This document shows, in pieces, positions 17,340 to 26,386 of a DNA stretch of 64,000 bases. The notes under the pieces were generated by a model, which saw only the letters and a list, made by a program, of their open reading frames with translations, did not search any database and had not been told where the DNA came from. Position numbers and translations under genes: made by a program. The stretch is from an uncultured Bifidobacteriaceae bacterium (GTDB lineage Bacteria; Actinomycetota; Actinomycetes; S36-B12), in contig CAZQXO010000001.1 in NCBI GenBank assembly GCA_964597445.1, forward strand, positions 46,978 to 110,977, written 5' to 3'. The stretch's first letter is position 1; every line of letters starts with the position of its first letter.

Positions 17340-18062
17340 TCAGTCGTCCTGACGGCCGGCACCGAACAGGATCTCGTCCCAGCTGGGGATGCTGGTGCGC
17401 CCCTTGCGCCCCTTGCTCTTGCGCGGTGCAGTCGCAGCAGGTGACGTTGTGTCCTCGCGGGGCAGGGTGATGGTCTCCTGCTCGTACCGTGACGCTGGGG
17501 CGTCACTGGACTCGACGTCCTCGGAGCCGTGCTCGGTCGCTGCGGACTCGGAGGGGGCCTCCGCGATGGCCTCCTCCTCCTCGACCGGGACAGCGACGAG
17601 ATGCGGTCGCGTGCTCTCGCGGACGACCGGCACGGCAGCGGCCAGATCGAGGGCCTCCGCGATGTCGATCTCGACATCGGGACGAGGCTCCGCAACGGAT
17701 ACGCCCATCAGCACTCGTGACAGGTTGTCCACGGGATGCAGGTTGCGCCCGTGGTAGTCGTACGTCCAGGTGGCTGTTCCCTGGCCCGGGACCACGGCCG
17801 TGATGATCCAGCGTCCGTCCTCACGACGGTAGGAGTCCCAGACGATGCCCTCGGCGGCAGCGGCGCCGATGCTCTCGGCGCAGGCCTCCTCGAGCGTGGC
17901 GCCTCCGCCCGAGCGGCGAATCTCGACTGAGCGCGCCTGCTGGGCCATGAAGGCCCGTTCGTCGAGGAGCGGCTCCGCGTAGCGCAGGACCTTGGCGATG
18001 TCCCAGCCCGTCGACGAGGCGACGTCCGCGGCGGACTCGCCGGAACGCACGCGCGCCTGCAC
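17340..18062 (-). CDS. sepH: Septation protein SepH-like (DUF3071), apparently lacking the usual N-terminal segment
   Basis: Motifs: SPREVQARVRSGESAADVA, AKVLRYAEPLLDERAFMAQQA, DGRWIITAV...ATWTYDYHGRNLHPVDN, and the C-terminal RKSKGRKGRTSIPSWDEILFG. An in-frame stop sits at 18126-18128, only 21 codons upstream of GTG 18062. Confidence 0.65.
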   Translation of the reverse strand: MQARVRSGESAADVASSTGWDIAKVLRYAEPLLDERAFMAQQARSVEIRRSGGGATLEEACAESIGAAAAEGIVWDSYRREDGRWIITAVVPGQGTATWTYDYHGRNLHPVDNLSRVLMGVSVAEPRPDVEIDIAEALDLAAAVPVVRESTRPHLVAVPVEEEEAIAEAPSESAATEHGSEDVESSDAPASRYEQETITLPREDTTSPAATAPRKSKGRKGRTSIPSWDEILFGAGRQDD

Positions 18063-18200
18063 CTCGCGGGGGCTGAACGTCTCCAGAGCGGACTCCCAGG
18101 ACTCGAGGCGGGACCGTCCCGCTAGTCAGAACCTAGCGTGTTCGGCGCCACGTGGGCAGGGCTACCCTCCCGCCGACCGAGGACTCGAACGGCATGTCGT

Positions 18201-19394
18201 CTACTCATGCGCCCGGAAGGCGCGCTGGCCGACAACGCCCACGATCGCGGCAATCGTGGCACCCGCGATGGGCACGGCGAATCCCCAGTCGGTGCCCTGT
18301 GCGTCCACGATGATGCCCCCGAGTGCCGTGCCGGCGCTGAATCCCACGGCCAGGCCGGAGTTGGTCCAGGTGAGTCCCTCCGTCAGGCGCTCGGGTGGCA
18401 CCAGGCGCTGCGTCAGGCTGAAGGACGTGATGAGCGAGGGCGCGATCGCCCCTCCGGCGATCGTGGTGATGACCGCGAGCGCGATGATCGATCCCGCGAA
18501 GGGGGCAGGAAGCAAGGCCACGGCGAGGATCCCCGGCAGGAGGGCCATCTGGCGACCCAACGTCAGTGGCCACGTGCGTGAACCGAACCAGATGCCCCCG
18601 AGCATGCTTCCGAACGCCCACAGGGCCAGGACGATCCCGGATGCGCCGGGGGATCCCGCTTCCTGGGTGAAGGCGACGACTGCGACCTCGAAGCTGCCGA
18701 ACACCGAGCCCACGCCGAGCGCAGCGGTGACCACGAAGATCATGCCCGGGTAACGAAGAACATTGCGACGCCCGGCAGTCGCAGCCGCCGAATGGTGCGT
18801 CGGTGCCGGCTGCGTGCGCCTCTGGAGGGCGAGGACCAGGCCTCCGACCAGGCCGAGGATCGCTCCGACGATGAGGGGAAGCGGGAGAGCCACCTGGAAG
18901 GCCAGCACCGCAGTGAGCAGGGGTCCCACCGTGAAGACGAACTCGTCGATGATGCTCTCGAGGGCGAAGGCGCTGCGGAGCGTGCCCTCCTGCGTGGTCG
19001 CGGCGGCCCAGCGCGCTCGCACCATGGCACCGATGGCCGGCTGGCTCAGGCCCGCTCCTGCCACGACGAGAGCCTGAAGCGCGATCGGTGCGGACTGCTC
19101 GACGGCCGCCACGAACCCGATCAGGAAGATGGCGTTGAGGGTGACCAGCACGGGGAGCATGCGTCCTTGGCCGACCCGGTCCGCCCAGCGACTCGTGATC
19201 ACGGCGCCCAGCGCGGCCGGAAGCTGGAAGGCTGCCGAGAGAACGCCGGCGAGGGCGTAGGACCCCGTGCGCTCGCTGACGAGGATCACGATGCCGAGGC
19301 CGACCATGGCGACAGGCAGGCGCGCCACGAGCCCGGTGCTGGAGAAGGCAAGAGCTCCGGGGAGTCGGAGGGCTTCGCGGTACGTGTGGAGCAC
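18201..19394 (-). CDS. MFS transporter
   Basis: 397 aa, about 12 hydrophobic segments, typical MFS loop motifs (e.g. WADRVGQGRM). Confidence 0.8.
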   Translation of the reverse strand: MLHTYREALRLPGALAFSSTGLVARLPVAMVGLGIVILVSERTGSYALAGVLSAAFQLPAALGAVITSRWADRVGQGRMLPVLVTLNAIFLIGFVAAVEQSAPIALQALVVAGAGLSQPAIGAMVRARWAAATTQEGTLRSAFALESIIDEFVFTVGPLLTAVLAFQVALPLPLIVGAILGLVGGLVLALQRRTQPAPTHHSAAATAGRRNVLRYPGMIFVVTAALGVGSVFGSFEVAVVAFTQEAGSPGASGIVLALWAFGSMLGGIWFGSRTWPLTLGRQMALLPGILAVALLPAPFAGSIIALAVITTIAGGAIAPSLITSFSLTQRLVPPERLTEGLTWTNSGLAVGFSAGTALGGIIVDAQGTDWGFAVPIAGATIAAIVGVVGQRAFRAHE

Positions 19395-19436
19395 GCGCCG
19401 ACGCTATCGGTCGGTCTGTGGGTGCAGGATGGAGGC

Positions 19437-20279
19437 ATGCAGGCACAGGAACGGAGCACCATCGCGCCCCTCGAGGCTGTGCTGGGCCACCATCCGTCAC
19501 TCGTGTGCGCGTGGCAGGCCGCATGGACGGCTGGACTGTTCCTGCGCGACCAGCGACCTCCGGCACTCGCCGTGGAGACGAAGAGCACGCCGACGGACGC
19601 GGTGTCGGAGATGGACCGCGGCGCTGAGGCGATGATCGTGCGGCACCTCCTGAGCGAGTACCCGGAGGACGGTCTCCTCGGCGAGGAGGGGGGTGAGAGG
19701 CCCGGGTCGAGTGGTCGTCGCTGGGTGGTCGATCCTCTCGATGGCACGGTCAACTACCTGTACGGGATTCCGCTCTGGGGTGTGTCCATCGCCCTCGAGG
19801 AGCAGGGCACTGCGACGCTGGGGGTAGTCGTGCTTCCCGCGGGCGACGAGGCATACGTCGCGTCCCAGGGACATGGTGCCTGGCATGTGACCCGTGGCGC
19901 GGCGAGACGAGTGGACGGGAGCCGGCAACGGTTACTCGAACAGGCCCTGGTCGGCACCGGCTTCGGCTACTCGTCCGAGCGCAGGTCCGCTCAGGCCGCC
20001 GTGGTGCAGCAGCTCATCCCTCGGGTGCGCGACGTCCGGCGTTCCGGGTGCGCCGTCGTGGATCTGTGCTGGCTGGCCGACGGACACCTGGACGCGCATT
20101 ACGAGTTCGGTCTGAACGCGTGGGATCTGGCGGCAGGAGCGCTGATCTGCCGCGAGGCCGGCATGGTGGTCAGCGGAGATCAGGGCACGGTCCCGGGTCT
20201 CGTCATCGCCTCGGCTCCGGCACTGGCGGGCGACCTCACGTCGCTGCTGATCCAGCTGGGTGCCGATCAGGTGCCGTGA
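19437..20279 (+). CDS. Inositol monophosphatase family protein
   Basis: Start at ATG 19437 (or GTG 19422); the long 5' extension in ORF-track (18792) is antisense to the MFS gene. Motifs: GLLGEEGG, WVVDPLDGTVNYLYG, WDLAAGALI. Confidence 0.82.
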   Translation: MQAQERSTIAPLEAVLGHHPSLVCAWQAAWTAGLFLRDQRPPALAVETKSTPTDAVSEMDRGAEAMIVRHLLSEYPEDGLLGEEGGERPGSSGRRWVVDPLDGTVNYLYGIPLWGVSIALEEQGTATLGVVVLPAGDEAYVASQGHGAWHVTRGAARRVDGSRQRLLEQALVGTGFGYSSERRSAQAAVVQQLIPRVRDVRRSGCAVVDLCWLADGHLDAHYEFGLNAWDLAAGALICREAGMVVSGDQGTVPGLVIASAPALAGDLTSLLIQLGADQVP

Positions 20280-20283
20280 GGGG

Positions 20284-20802
20284 TCAGTCGAGGCGCCGCA
20301 GCTCTGCCGCGTACCAGTGGGAGTTGCGCACGTAGACGGCAACGGCGGCGTCGAAGTCTCCCGGGGAGACCGCATCCTCGGTGATGCGGGCCGGAACGCC
20401 CAGGGCACGTGCCCGCGCGGGGACGACCTTGTCATTGCCCACCACAGCACCCGCACCCACGAGGGCGAAGGGGCCGACAACGGCCCGGTGCAGCACGACC
20501 GAACCGGATCCGATCAGGCTGTCGTCCTCGATTCGGCAACCCTCCAGGTGAGCGTTGTGCCCGATGACGCAGCGATCACCGATCACGGTGTCGAGAGTCG
20601 CCGTGCAGTGGACGACCGTGCCGTCCTGCACCGACGTCTGGGCGCCCACTCTGATCGCCCCGTGGTCCCCGCGCAGCACGGTGGTGGGCCAGATGCTCGA
20701 CTCGGGGCCGACGGTGACGTTGCCGATGATGACCGCATCGGGGTGGACGAACGCCTCAGGGTGGATGGTCGGTACACGGTCGCCGAGTGCGTAGAGGGGC
20801 AT
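20284..20802 (-). CDS. Gamma-carbonic-anhydrase-like hexapeptide-repeat protein
   Basis: Start at ATG 20802 (MPLYALGDRVPTIHPEAFVHPDAVIIGNV...). It has the left-handed beta-helix hexapeptide pattern and the IWPTTVLRGD motif. Confidence 0.8.
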   Translation of the reverse strand: MPLYALGDRVPTIHPEAFVHPDAVIIGNVTVGPESSIWPTTVLRGDHGAIRVGAQTSVQDGTVVHCTATLDTVIGDRCVIGHNAHLEGCRIEDDSLIGSGSVVLHRAVVGPFALVGAGAVVGNDKVVPARARALGVPARITEDAVSPGDFDAAVAVYVRNSHWYAAELRRLD

Positions 20803-20945
20803 GGAGCCATCCTTCCCATCCAGCCCACCCGGGCGGGGAGGCCGAGGAGGACCACCCTGCCATGCCAGCGCCACGCGGATGAGGCACAATGCCCGCGCAC
20901 CCTGTGGTGCACATCGGAGCGGACACCGAACAGGAGCGAGGACAC

Positions 20946-21242
20946 ATGGCCACCGACTACGACGCACCTCGGAAGACGGATGAGGAGCTCGCGGAGGACA
21001 GCCTCGAGGAGTTGAAGGCGCGTCGGGCGGACAAGGCCTCATCCGCGGTGGATGTCGACGAGGCCGAGCTGGCCGAGACCCTCGAGCTGCCCGGGGCCGA
21101 CCTGTCGGACGAGAGCCTCACGGTCCGGGTGCTGCCCCGCCAGTCAGACGAGTTCACCTGCGTGAAGTGCTTCCTGGTGCAGCACCGCAGCCAACTCGAC
21201 CACGATGGCAAGGGCGGGCCGGTGTGCGTGGAGTGCGCATGA
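20946..21242 (+). CDS. Conserved small protein (recalled as DUF4193) with C-terminal Cys pairs
   Basis: ATG 20946 is preceded by CAGGAGCGAGGA. Sequence MATDYDAPRKTDEE..., acidic, with C-terminal FTCVKCFLV...GPVCVECA. Confidence 0.68.
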   Translation: MATDYDAPRKTDEELAEDSLEELKARRADKASSAVDVDEAELAETLELPGADLSDESLTVRVLPRQSDEFTCVKCFLVQHRSQLDHDGKGGPVCVECA

Positions 21243-21270
21243 AGCCGCGCCCGGCCTGATCCCCCTCGGG

Positions 21271-21573
21271 TCAGTGCTGCCGGGGGCGATCGCCCCACTG
21301 GTTGGCCACGCGGTACACGGCCACTTCGACGACCGCGGCAGTGGCCGCGGTCACGGCCGTCCACACGAGTGCGCGACCGAAGGACACACGGGGATCCCTG
21401 GGCGCCGGCGCATCGCGGCCGGTGACGCGCTCGTAGCCCGAGGTCATGAGCTTCCGGACGAGCATCGTGGCTCCGATGGCGGCGATGGGAGCGATGAGAT
21501 GGGCCAGGGGATTGATCTCCACGGCTTGGTCCTCGATCGGGTCGATGCTCTGGTCCGCAGGCGTCGTCGTCAT
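21271..21573 (-). CDS. Small membrane-associated protein (recalled as DUF4235)
   Basis: 100 aa with two hydrophobic helices. Its start overlaps the stop of the upstream gene (21570-21573). Confidence 0.55.
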   Translation of the reverse strand: MTTTPADQSIDPIEDQAVEINPLAHLIAPIAAIGATMLVRKLMTSGYERVTGRDAPAPRDPRVSFGRALVWTAVTAATAAVVEVAVYRVANQWGDRPRQH

Positions 21574-22031
21574 GACGTCATGCTCTCAGTCAGCGCTGCG
21601 ATCAGTCGATCGGGGTGCCGAGAACTGATGAGCCAGGCCGAATGGGGGTCGACGGGGTCGTCGACGGGAACCAGGACCCCGCCCGGCGCCGACCCGGGCC
21701 GCAGTGCCGCGAAGACGGTCGCATCGGCTCCTGGTCCCCGCAGCCGACGGATGTCGGCGCGCGTCAGGGGTTCGGGGGTGCCCAGCACGGCACAGGGGAC
21801 GCATGCGCGCTCCACACGGAGAACGCCAGCGTTCACCTCGACCGTCGGCGTCGTCGCCCAGACGAGCGCTCCGGCGACGACGCAGCCCCCGAGGGCCACC
21901 ATCCAGCCCACGGTGGCACCGAGAGCGGCCCCGTAGGCGAGCGCGAGCATGAGCACCAGGCCCAGCGGCATGAGCCACATCACAGGTCGCGGCCACAGGC
22001 GCTCGCGGTAGTGCGACCCGGTGCGCGTCAT
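21570..22031 (-). CDS. Membrane protein (recalled as DUF3093), dut-neighbourhood gene
   Basis: 153 aa with two N-terminal TM helices (WLMPLGLVLMLALAYGAALG...), divergent from the thioesterase/dut operon. Confidence 0.62.
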   Translation of the reverse strand: MTRTGSHYRERLWPRPVMWLMPLGLVLMLALAYGAALGATVGWMVALGGCVVAGALVWATTPTVEVNAGVLRVERACVPCAVLGTPEPLTRADIRRLRGPGADATVFAALRPGSAPGGVLVPVDDPVDPHSAWLISSRHPDRLIAALTESMTS

Positions 22032-22092
22032 GCCGCCAGCCTCCCATGCGCTCTGTCGTCATGGGAGCCGGAGTCGGTCTAGGGTCAGGCAG

Positions 22093-22713
22093 GTGAGCAA
22101 CGGCCCAGCGGCACCGTCGTCCCAGTCGGCGACACCACCGATGGATGCCGTGCTGCCCGAACGGTCGGCTTCGGCGCCGCGTCCCGGGGAGATCATCCCC
22201 AGCCACTACCGCTGGTGCTTCGGCTGCGGCGTGGACCACCCGACGGGCCTTCACATGACGATGCTGGCGGGGGAGGGGCTCACGGTGTCGGGCGTCTTCC
22301 GGGTCACCGAGCACCATCAGGGCGCACCTGGACTCGCGCACGGGGGAGTCCTCAGCTCAGCCGTCGACGAGATCCTTGGATCCCTCAACTGGCTGCTGGG
22401 AGGCCCGGCCGTCACGGGGCGGCTGGAGGTCGACTTCCGTCGCCCCGTTCCGGTCGGATCGGATCTGGTGGTGCAGGCCGAGGTCGTCGGCATGAGAGGG
22501 CGCCGCGTCTACACACGGGCCACCGGCAGGCTCGACAGCGACTCGGGTCCCGTGGCCGTGACCGCGGCGGCCATCTTCGTCCAGGTTCCCCTCCAGCACT
22601 TCGTCGACAACGGTGCGCCGGACCAGGTGCGGGGTGCCATCGCCGACCGGGCAGCCGGTGGGCCCGCCTGGCGCCCCGAGGGCGAGACGCACACCGTCGA
22701 GCTGAACCCATGA
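22093..22713 (+). CDS. Hotdog-fold (PaaI-type) thioesterase
   Basis: The start is uncertain (GTG 22093 or ATG 22141). Motif HHQGAPGLAHGGVLSSAVDEILG is present. The stop overlaps the dut ATG. Confidence 0.7.
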   Translation: MSNGPAAPSSQSATPPMDAVLPERSASAPRPGEIIPSHYRWCFGCGVDHPTGLHMTMLAGEGLTVSGVFRVTEHHQGAPGLAHGGVLSSAVDEILGSLNWLLGGPAVTGRLEVDFRRPVPVGSDLVVQAEVVGMRGRRVYTRATGRLDSDSGPVAVTAAAIFVQVPLQHFVDNGAPDQVRGAIADRAAGGPAWRPEGETHTVELNP

Positions 22714-23174
22714 CGCCGGGCCCGGGGCGCGTGGATGCGCTCATCACGATGCTCGACGACGCGCTGCCCCTGCCTGCGTACGAGCATCCGGGAGATGCCG
22801 GCATGGACCTTCGGTCCAGGATCGATGTCGAACTGGCCCCCGGTGCGCGAGAGCTGGTGCCCACGGGCGTCAGCATCGCCCTGCCTCCGGGCTACGTGGC
22901 TCAGGTGTGCCCCCGGAGCGGGCTGGCCCTGCGCCATGGAATCGGCGTGGTCAATGCGCCCGGCATCATCGATGCGGGGTTCCGCGGTGAGATCGCCGCG
23001 ATCCTGGTGAACCACGACATTCACGAGCCCTTCCGGGTGCGGCGAGGCGATCGCATCGCGCAGCTCGTGGTCCTGCCCGTTACGGAGGTCGTGTGGCATC
23101 CCGTGGACGGCCTCCCCGGCACGCATCGCAGCTCCGGTGGTTTCGGGTCCACGGGGGGCTCGTCCCAGGCGTAG
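22710..23174 (+). CDS. dut: dUTP diphosphatase
   Basis: ATG 22710 (ATGA overlap). Motifs: GDAGMDL, PRSGLALRHGI, GIIDAGFRGEI, and C-terminal RSSGGFGSTG. Confidence 0.92.
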   Translation: MTPGPGRVDALITMLDDALPLPAYEHPGDAGMDLRSRIDVELAPGARELVPTGVSIALPPGYVAQVCPRSGLALRHGIGVVNAPGIIDAGFRGEIAAILVNHDIHEPFRVRRGDRIAQLVVLPVTEVVWHPVDGLPGTHRSSGGFGSTGGSSQA

Positions 23175-23255
23175 CCGGTGACCGGGGTGCCGGCGCCCCG
23201 GACTCAGCAGTACCGTTGGGTGTACCGCTTGACACGTCCGCGGAGAGGAACATGC

Positions 23256-23867
23256 ATGCCGTCCCGTGACAACGGACCCTGGGATCTCGCTGACGTTCCG
23301 GGCGACCCCTTCTCGGGACGACTCGACATGGGATCACTGCTCGTGACCCCCACCGCGGGAATCGATGTCCAGGCGCAGGCGGATGAGACCACCGGCGCCG
23401 TGGCCCAGCTGACGTTCCATCGTCCCGATTCCATGGTGCAGGTCCAGCCCTACGCGGCGCCGCGCAGCGGAGGGATGTGGGAGGACGTCCGAGGCCAGAT
23501 CGCGGCCTCCATCAACTCCTCCGGCGGCCTGGTCGAGACCGCTGAGGGTCCGTTCGGTCCGGAACTGCGTGCACAGGTCGTCCCGTCCGACGGCTCGGCT
23601 GGACTCCAGCCCGCTCGCTTCTGCGGCATTGATGGCCCGCGATGGTTCCTTCGTGCGGTGTTCCTCGGCGCCGCTGCTCGCCCGGGTGAGGCGGCGGACG
23701 CCTTCGAGGCCATGGTGCGCAGTCTCGTGGTGGTTCGCGGGCATGAGGCCATGCCCGTGGGTGCGCCGATCCCCATTCGCCTCCCACGCGTTCCGCAGCC
23801 GGAGCCCGGGCCCCCGCAGCTGCCGTCGCCCTTCGAGCGCGGCCCGGAGATCACCGAGACCCGCTGA
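23256..23867 (+). CDS. Conserved protein (recalled as DUF3710), dut-neighbourhood gene
   Basis: ATG 23256 with a GGAGAGGAA RBS. Motifs: GPWDLADVP, LQPARFCGIDGPRWFLRAVF. Confidence 0.62.
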   Translation: MPSRDNGPWDLADVPGDPFSGRLDMGSLLVTPTAGIDVQAQADETTGAVAQLTFHRPDSMVQVQPYAAPRSGGMWEDVRGQIAASINSSGGLVETAEGPFGPELRAQVVPSDGSAGLQPARFCGIDGPRWFLRAVFLGAAARPGEAADAFEAMVRSLVVVRGHEAMPVGAPIPIRLPRVPQPEPGPPQLPSPFERGPEITETR

Positions 23868-24268
23868 TGCCCGCGCCACGCATGGGGCAGGCCGAGTCCG
23901 ATCGCTCGGGCTGGTGGTCCCGCCTGACGCGCAGTCGATCCGAGGATGAGGCGGCGATGCTCCAGGAGCACACGCGGGCCATGGGGGACCCCGATGCGCT
24001 CCCGATCAACCGCTGTGTTCCGGGCGAGCCCGTCGTGGTGCGAGGCATCGTCCGCAGTGTGACCATCCCGGCCGCCGGCCAGGCGCCCTCCCTCGAGGCC
24101 GAGATCGACGACGGAACCGGCTCGGTTCGCGTGATCTGGCTGGGGCGGCGCCGGATCCCCGGTGTCGATCCCGGTCGATCGATGGTGATCCGAGGGCGCC
24201 TCACATGCCACACGGACCACCCCACGATCTACAACCCGCGCTATGAGTTGAAGCCGCGTCCGGCATGA
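23867..24268 (+). CDS. OB-fold domain protein
   Basis: 133 aa with TGATG overlap to the upstream gene. The segment VVVRGIVRSVTIPAAG...GSVRVIWLGRRRIPGVDPG...IRGRL matches the pattern I recall for the OB-fold protein in this conserved neighbourhood. Confidence 0.58.
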   Translation: MPAPRMGQAESDRSGWWSRLTRSRSEDEAAMLQEHTRAMGDPDALPINRCVPGEPVVVRGIVRSVTIPAAGQAPSLEAEIDDGTGSVRVIWLGRRRIPGVDPGRSMVIRGRLTCHTDHPTIYNPRYELKPRPA

Positions 24269-25005
24269 CCCACGAACCCCAGGAACCCCACGACGCCCGT
24301 GAGCCGGACCAGCCCCGAGTCGACGAGCCATCTCTGGATGTCGCGAGCACGGGAGCGGCCGGACCGGACGACCACGAGACCGTGGAGGACGTCCGGCAGG
24401 AGGCCCTCCTCCTCGAGAAGGCCCTCGGGGGGTGGCGTGGGGTCATCGACTCAGGCCTGCCCACGGTGGTCTTCATCACGGCCTATGTGCTGACGGGGAA
24501 TGATCTCGGGACGTCGCTCGTGGCTGCGATTGCCGCCGGAATCCTGGTCGTGGGCTGGCGACTCGTGCGGCGACAGCCTCTCCAGCAGGTCCTCGCGGGC
24601 TTCATCGGCCTGCTCATCGCTGCCTGGTTCTCCTCGCGCACGGGCAGGGCCGAGGACGTCTTCCTCCCCGGGCTCCTGCTGAACGTCGCCTACGGATCGG
24701 CCTTCCTCATCTCCATCCTGGTCCGGTGGCCACTGCTCGGGATCGCGATGGGCTATCTCACGGGTGAGGGGACGAGCTGGCGGCGGGATGTCGAGCTGCG
24801 ACGCGTCTATGCAGCGGCGTCATGGATCTGGGTTGGGGTCTTCACGCTGCGCATCGCCGTCCAGGTCCCGCTCTACCTCGCGGGCGCCGTGGCCGCTCTG
24901 GGCGTGGTGAAGATCGTGCTCGGATGGCCGCTCTACCTCGCTGGGGCGTACGTCACGTACCGCCTGCTGGCACCCGTCTACCGTGCTCGTCGAACTCAGA
25001 GGTGA
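24265..25005 (+). CDS. Integral membrane protein (recalled as DUF3159)
   Basis: 246 aa, multiple TM helices, ATGA overlap with the upstream gene. Confidence 0.62.
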   Translation: MTHEPQEPHDAREPDQPRVDEPSLDVASTGAAGPDDHETVEDVRQEALLLEKALGGWRGVIDSGLPTVVFITAYVLTGNDLGTSLVAAIAAGILVVGWRLVRRQPLQQVLAGFIGLLIAAWFSSRTGRAEDVFLPGLLLNVAYGSAFLISILVRWPLLGIAMGYLTGEGTSWRRDVELRRVYAAASWIWVGVFTLRIAVQVPLYLAGAVAALGVVKIVLGWPLYLAGAYVTYRLLAPVYRARRTQR

Positions 25006-25655
25006 CCGAGCATCTTCTGGAGGTCGGCCTCCATCTGCGGTGAGGCCACGAAGATGAGCTCGTCGCCCACGTCGAGCGGATCGTCCGCTGTCGGCGTGAT
25101 GACGCGGGGTCCCCGAACGATGGCGACAAGGGCGGTGTCCTGGGGCCAGTTCTGATCGCCCACGCGCTGGCCCACGACGGGGGAGTCGGCCGAGAGCGTG
25201 ATCTCCACGAGATCGGCGTCGCCCTGTCGGAACGAGAAGAGTCGAACGAGGTCTCCGACAGAGACGGCCTCCTCGACCAACGCCGACAGCATCCGGGGAG
25301 TGGAGACGGCGACGTCGACCCCCCAAGACTCGTCGAACATCCACTCGTTCTTCGGATGATTGACCCGCGCGACGACACGAGGCACGCCGTACTCGGTCTT
25401 GGCGAGGAGCGACACGACAAGGTTCACCTTGTCGTCGCCGGTTGCGGCCACGACGACCTGGCACGTGGAGAGGTCGGCCTCGTCGAGGGCGGAGATCTCG
25501 CATGCGTCGGCCATGAGCGTCGATGCACCCTCGACCACGCCGGGTCGCGCAAGCTCCGCGTCGCGGTCGATGAGGAGCACCTGATGGCCGTTACCGACGA
25601 GTTCTCGCGCGATCGCGCGCCCGACCTTGCCAGCTCCCGCGATCGCCACGCGCAT
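24996..25655 (-). CDS. trkA: TrkA-family K+ transport regulatory protein (RCK domain)
   Basis: 219 aa. MRVAIAGAGKVGRAIARELVGNGHQVLLIDRD forms the Rossmann motif, followed by a C-terminal TrkA_C domain. Confidence 0.85.
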   Translation of the reverse strand: MRVAIAGAGKVGRAIARELVGNGHQVLLIDRDAELARPGVVEGASTLMADACEISALDEADLSTCQVVVAATGDDKVNLVVSLLAKTEYGVPRVVARVNHPKNEWMFDESWGVDVAVSTPRMLSALVEEAVSVGDLVRLFSFRQGDADLVEITLSADSPVVGQRVGDQNWPQDTALVAIVRGPRVITPTADDPLDVGDELIFVASPQMEADLQKMLGHL

Positions 25656-26323
25656 CAGGTGTCTCCCTCGTCAGGCCCGTGCTCGCACACGCGCTCGACG
25701 CGCGTGCGCATGTCGTCAAGGAAGAGGAAGTGCACGAGGTCACCGTCCTGCAGGACGGTCTCATGGTCGGGGATAAGTGCCTGCCCGTAGCGGGTGATGA
25801 AGGCCACGCGGGCCCCGCTGGCGGCTCCGAGGGCGCTGCACCGTCGACCGAGCCAGTACTCGCCGACGTGGACCTCGGCGAGTACCACGGAGCCGCTGGG
25901 ATCGCGGTACTCGTCCTCGGCACCGAGAGGGAGCATGCGACGCAGGAACTGGCCTGCGGTCCACGAGACGGTCGCGACGGTCGGGATGCCCAGTCTCTCG
26001 TACACCTGCGCGCGACGCGGGTCGTAGATGCGGGCCACGACCTGCTCGACCCCGTAGGTCTCGCGGGCCACGCGGGCGGCCAGGATGTTCGAGTTGTCTC
26101 CGGAGCTCACCGCTGCGAAGGCATGAGCCCGCTTGATTCCCGCGCTCTCCAAGGTCTCGCGATCGAACCCCACTCCGGTCACCGTCTGGCCGGTGAAGTC
26201 CGGGCTGAGCTTGCGGAAGGCACCGGGGTCCTGATCGACGATCGCCACGGAGTGGCCCAGCTCGTCCAGGCGATGCGCCAGCAGGGCTCCCACTCGACCG
26301 CACCCGAGAATCACGATGTGCAC
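25655..26323 (-). CDS. trkA: TrkA-family K+ transport regulatory protein (RCK domain), second paralogue
   Basis: 222 aa, MHIVILGCGRVGALLAHRLDELGHSVAIVDQD. Its stop overlaps the downstream trkA start by 1 nt. Confidence 0.85.
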   Translation of the reverse strand: MHIVILGCGRVGALLAHRLDELGHSVAIVDQDPGAFRKLSPDFTGQTVTGVGFDRETLESAGIKRAHAFAAVSSGDNSNILAARVARETYGVEQVVARIYDPRRAQVYERLGIPTVATVSWTAGQFLRRMLPLGAEDEYRDPSGSVVLAEVHVGEYWLGRRCSALGAASGARVAFITRYGQALIPDHETVLQDGDLVHFLFLDDMRTRVERVCEHGPDEGDT

Positions 26324-26386
26324 GATGGAACGCTACACGCATGGCGCTCCGAGCCCGTGGCTCTCCCGGGAGTAGGCTCGCGAGAC

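Noticed and set aside
18129-18191. tRNA-like 3' fragment (minus strand TTCGAGTCCTCGGTCGGCGGGA), a possible integration-site scar
   Set aside because: There is a T-loop-like TTCGAGT, but no complementary 5' T-stem, D arm or anticodon arm. The implied acceptor stem would start with C. There is no matching repeat or integrase anywhere in the window. It is probably chance similarity.
25679-26386. 5' extension of the APC-permease ORF (ORF-track start 25679)
   Set aside because: The extension is antisense to the trkA paralogue (25655..26323). The permease-like sequence only begins around 26387. I trimmed similar spurious 5' extensions for 18792..19436, 49560..50534, 50786..51214, 54689..55018, 50478..51098 (minus strand) and 54935..55732 (minus strand).
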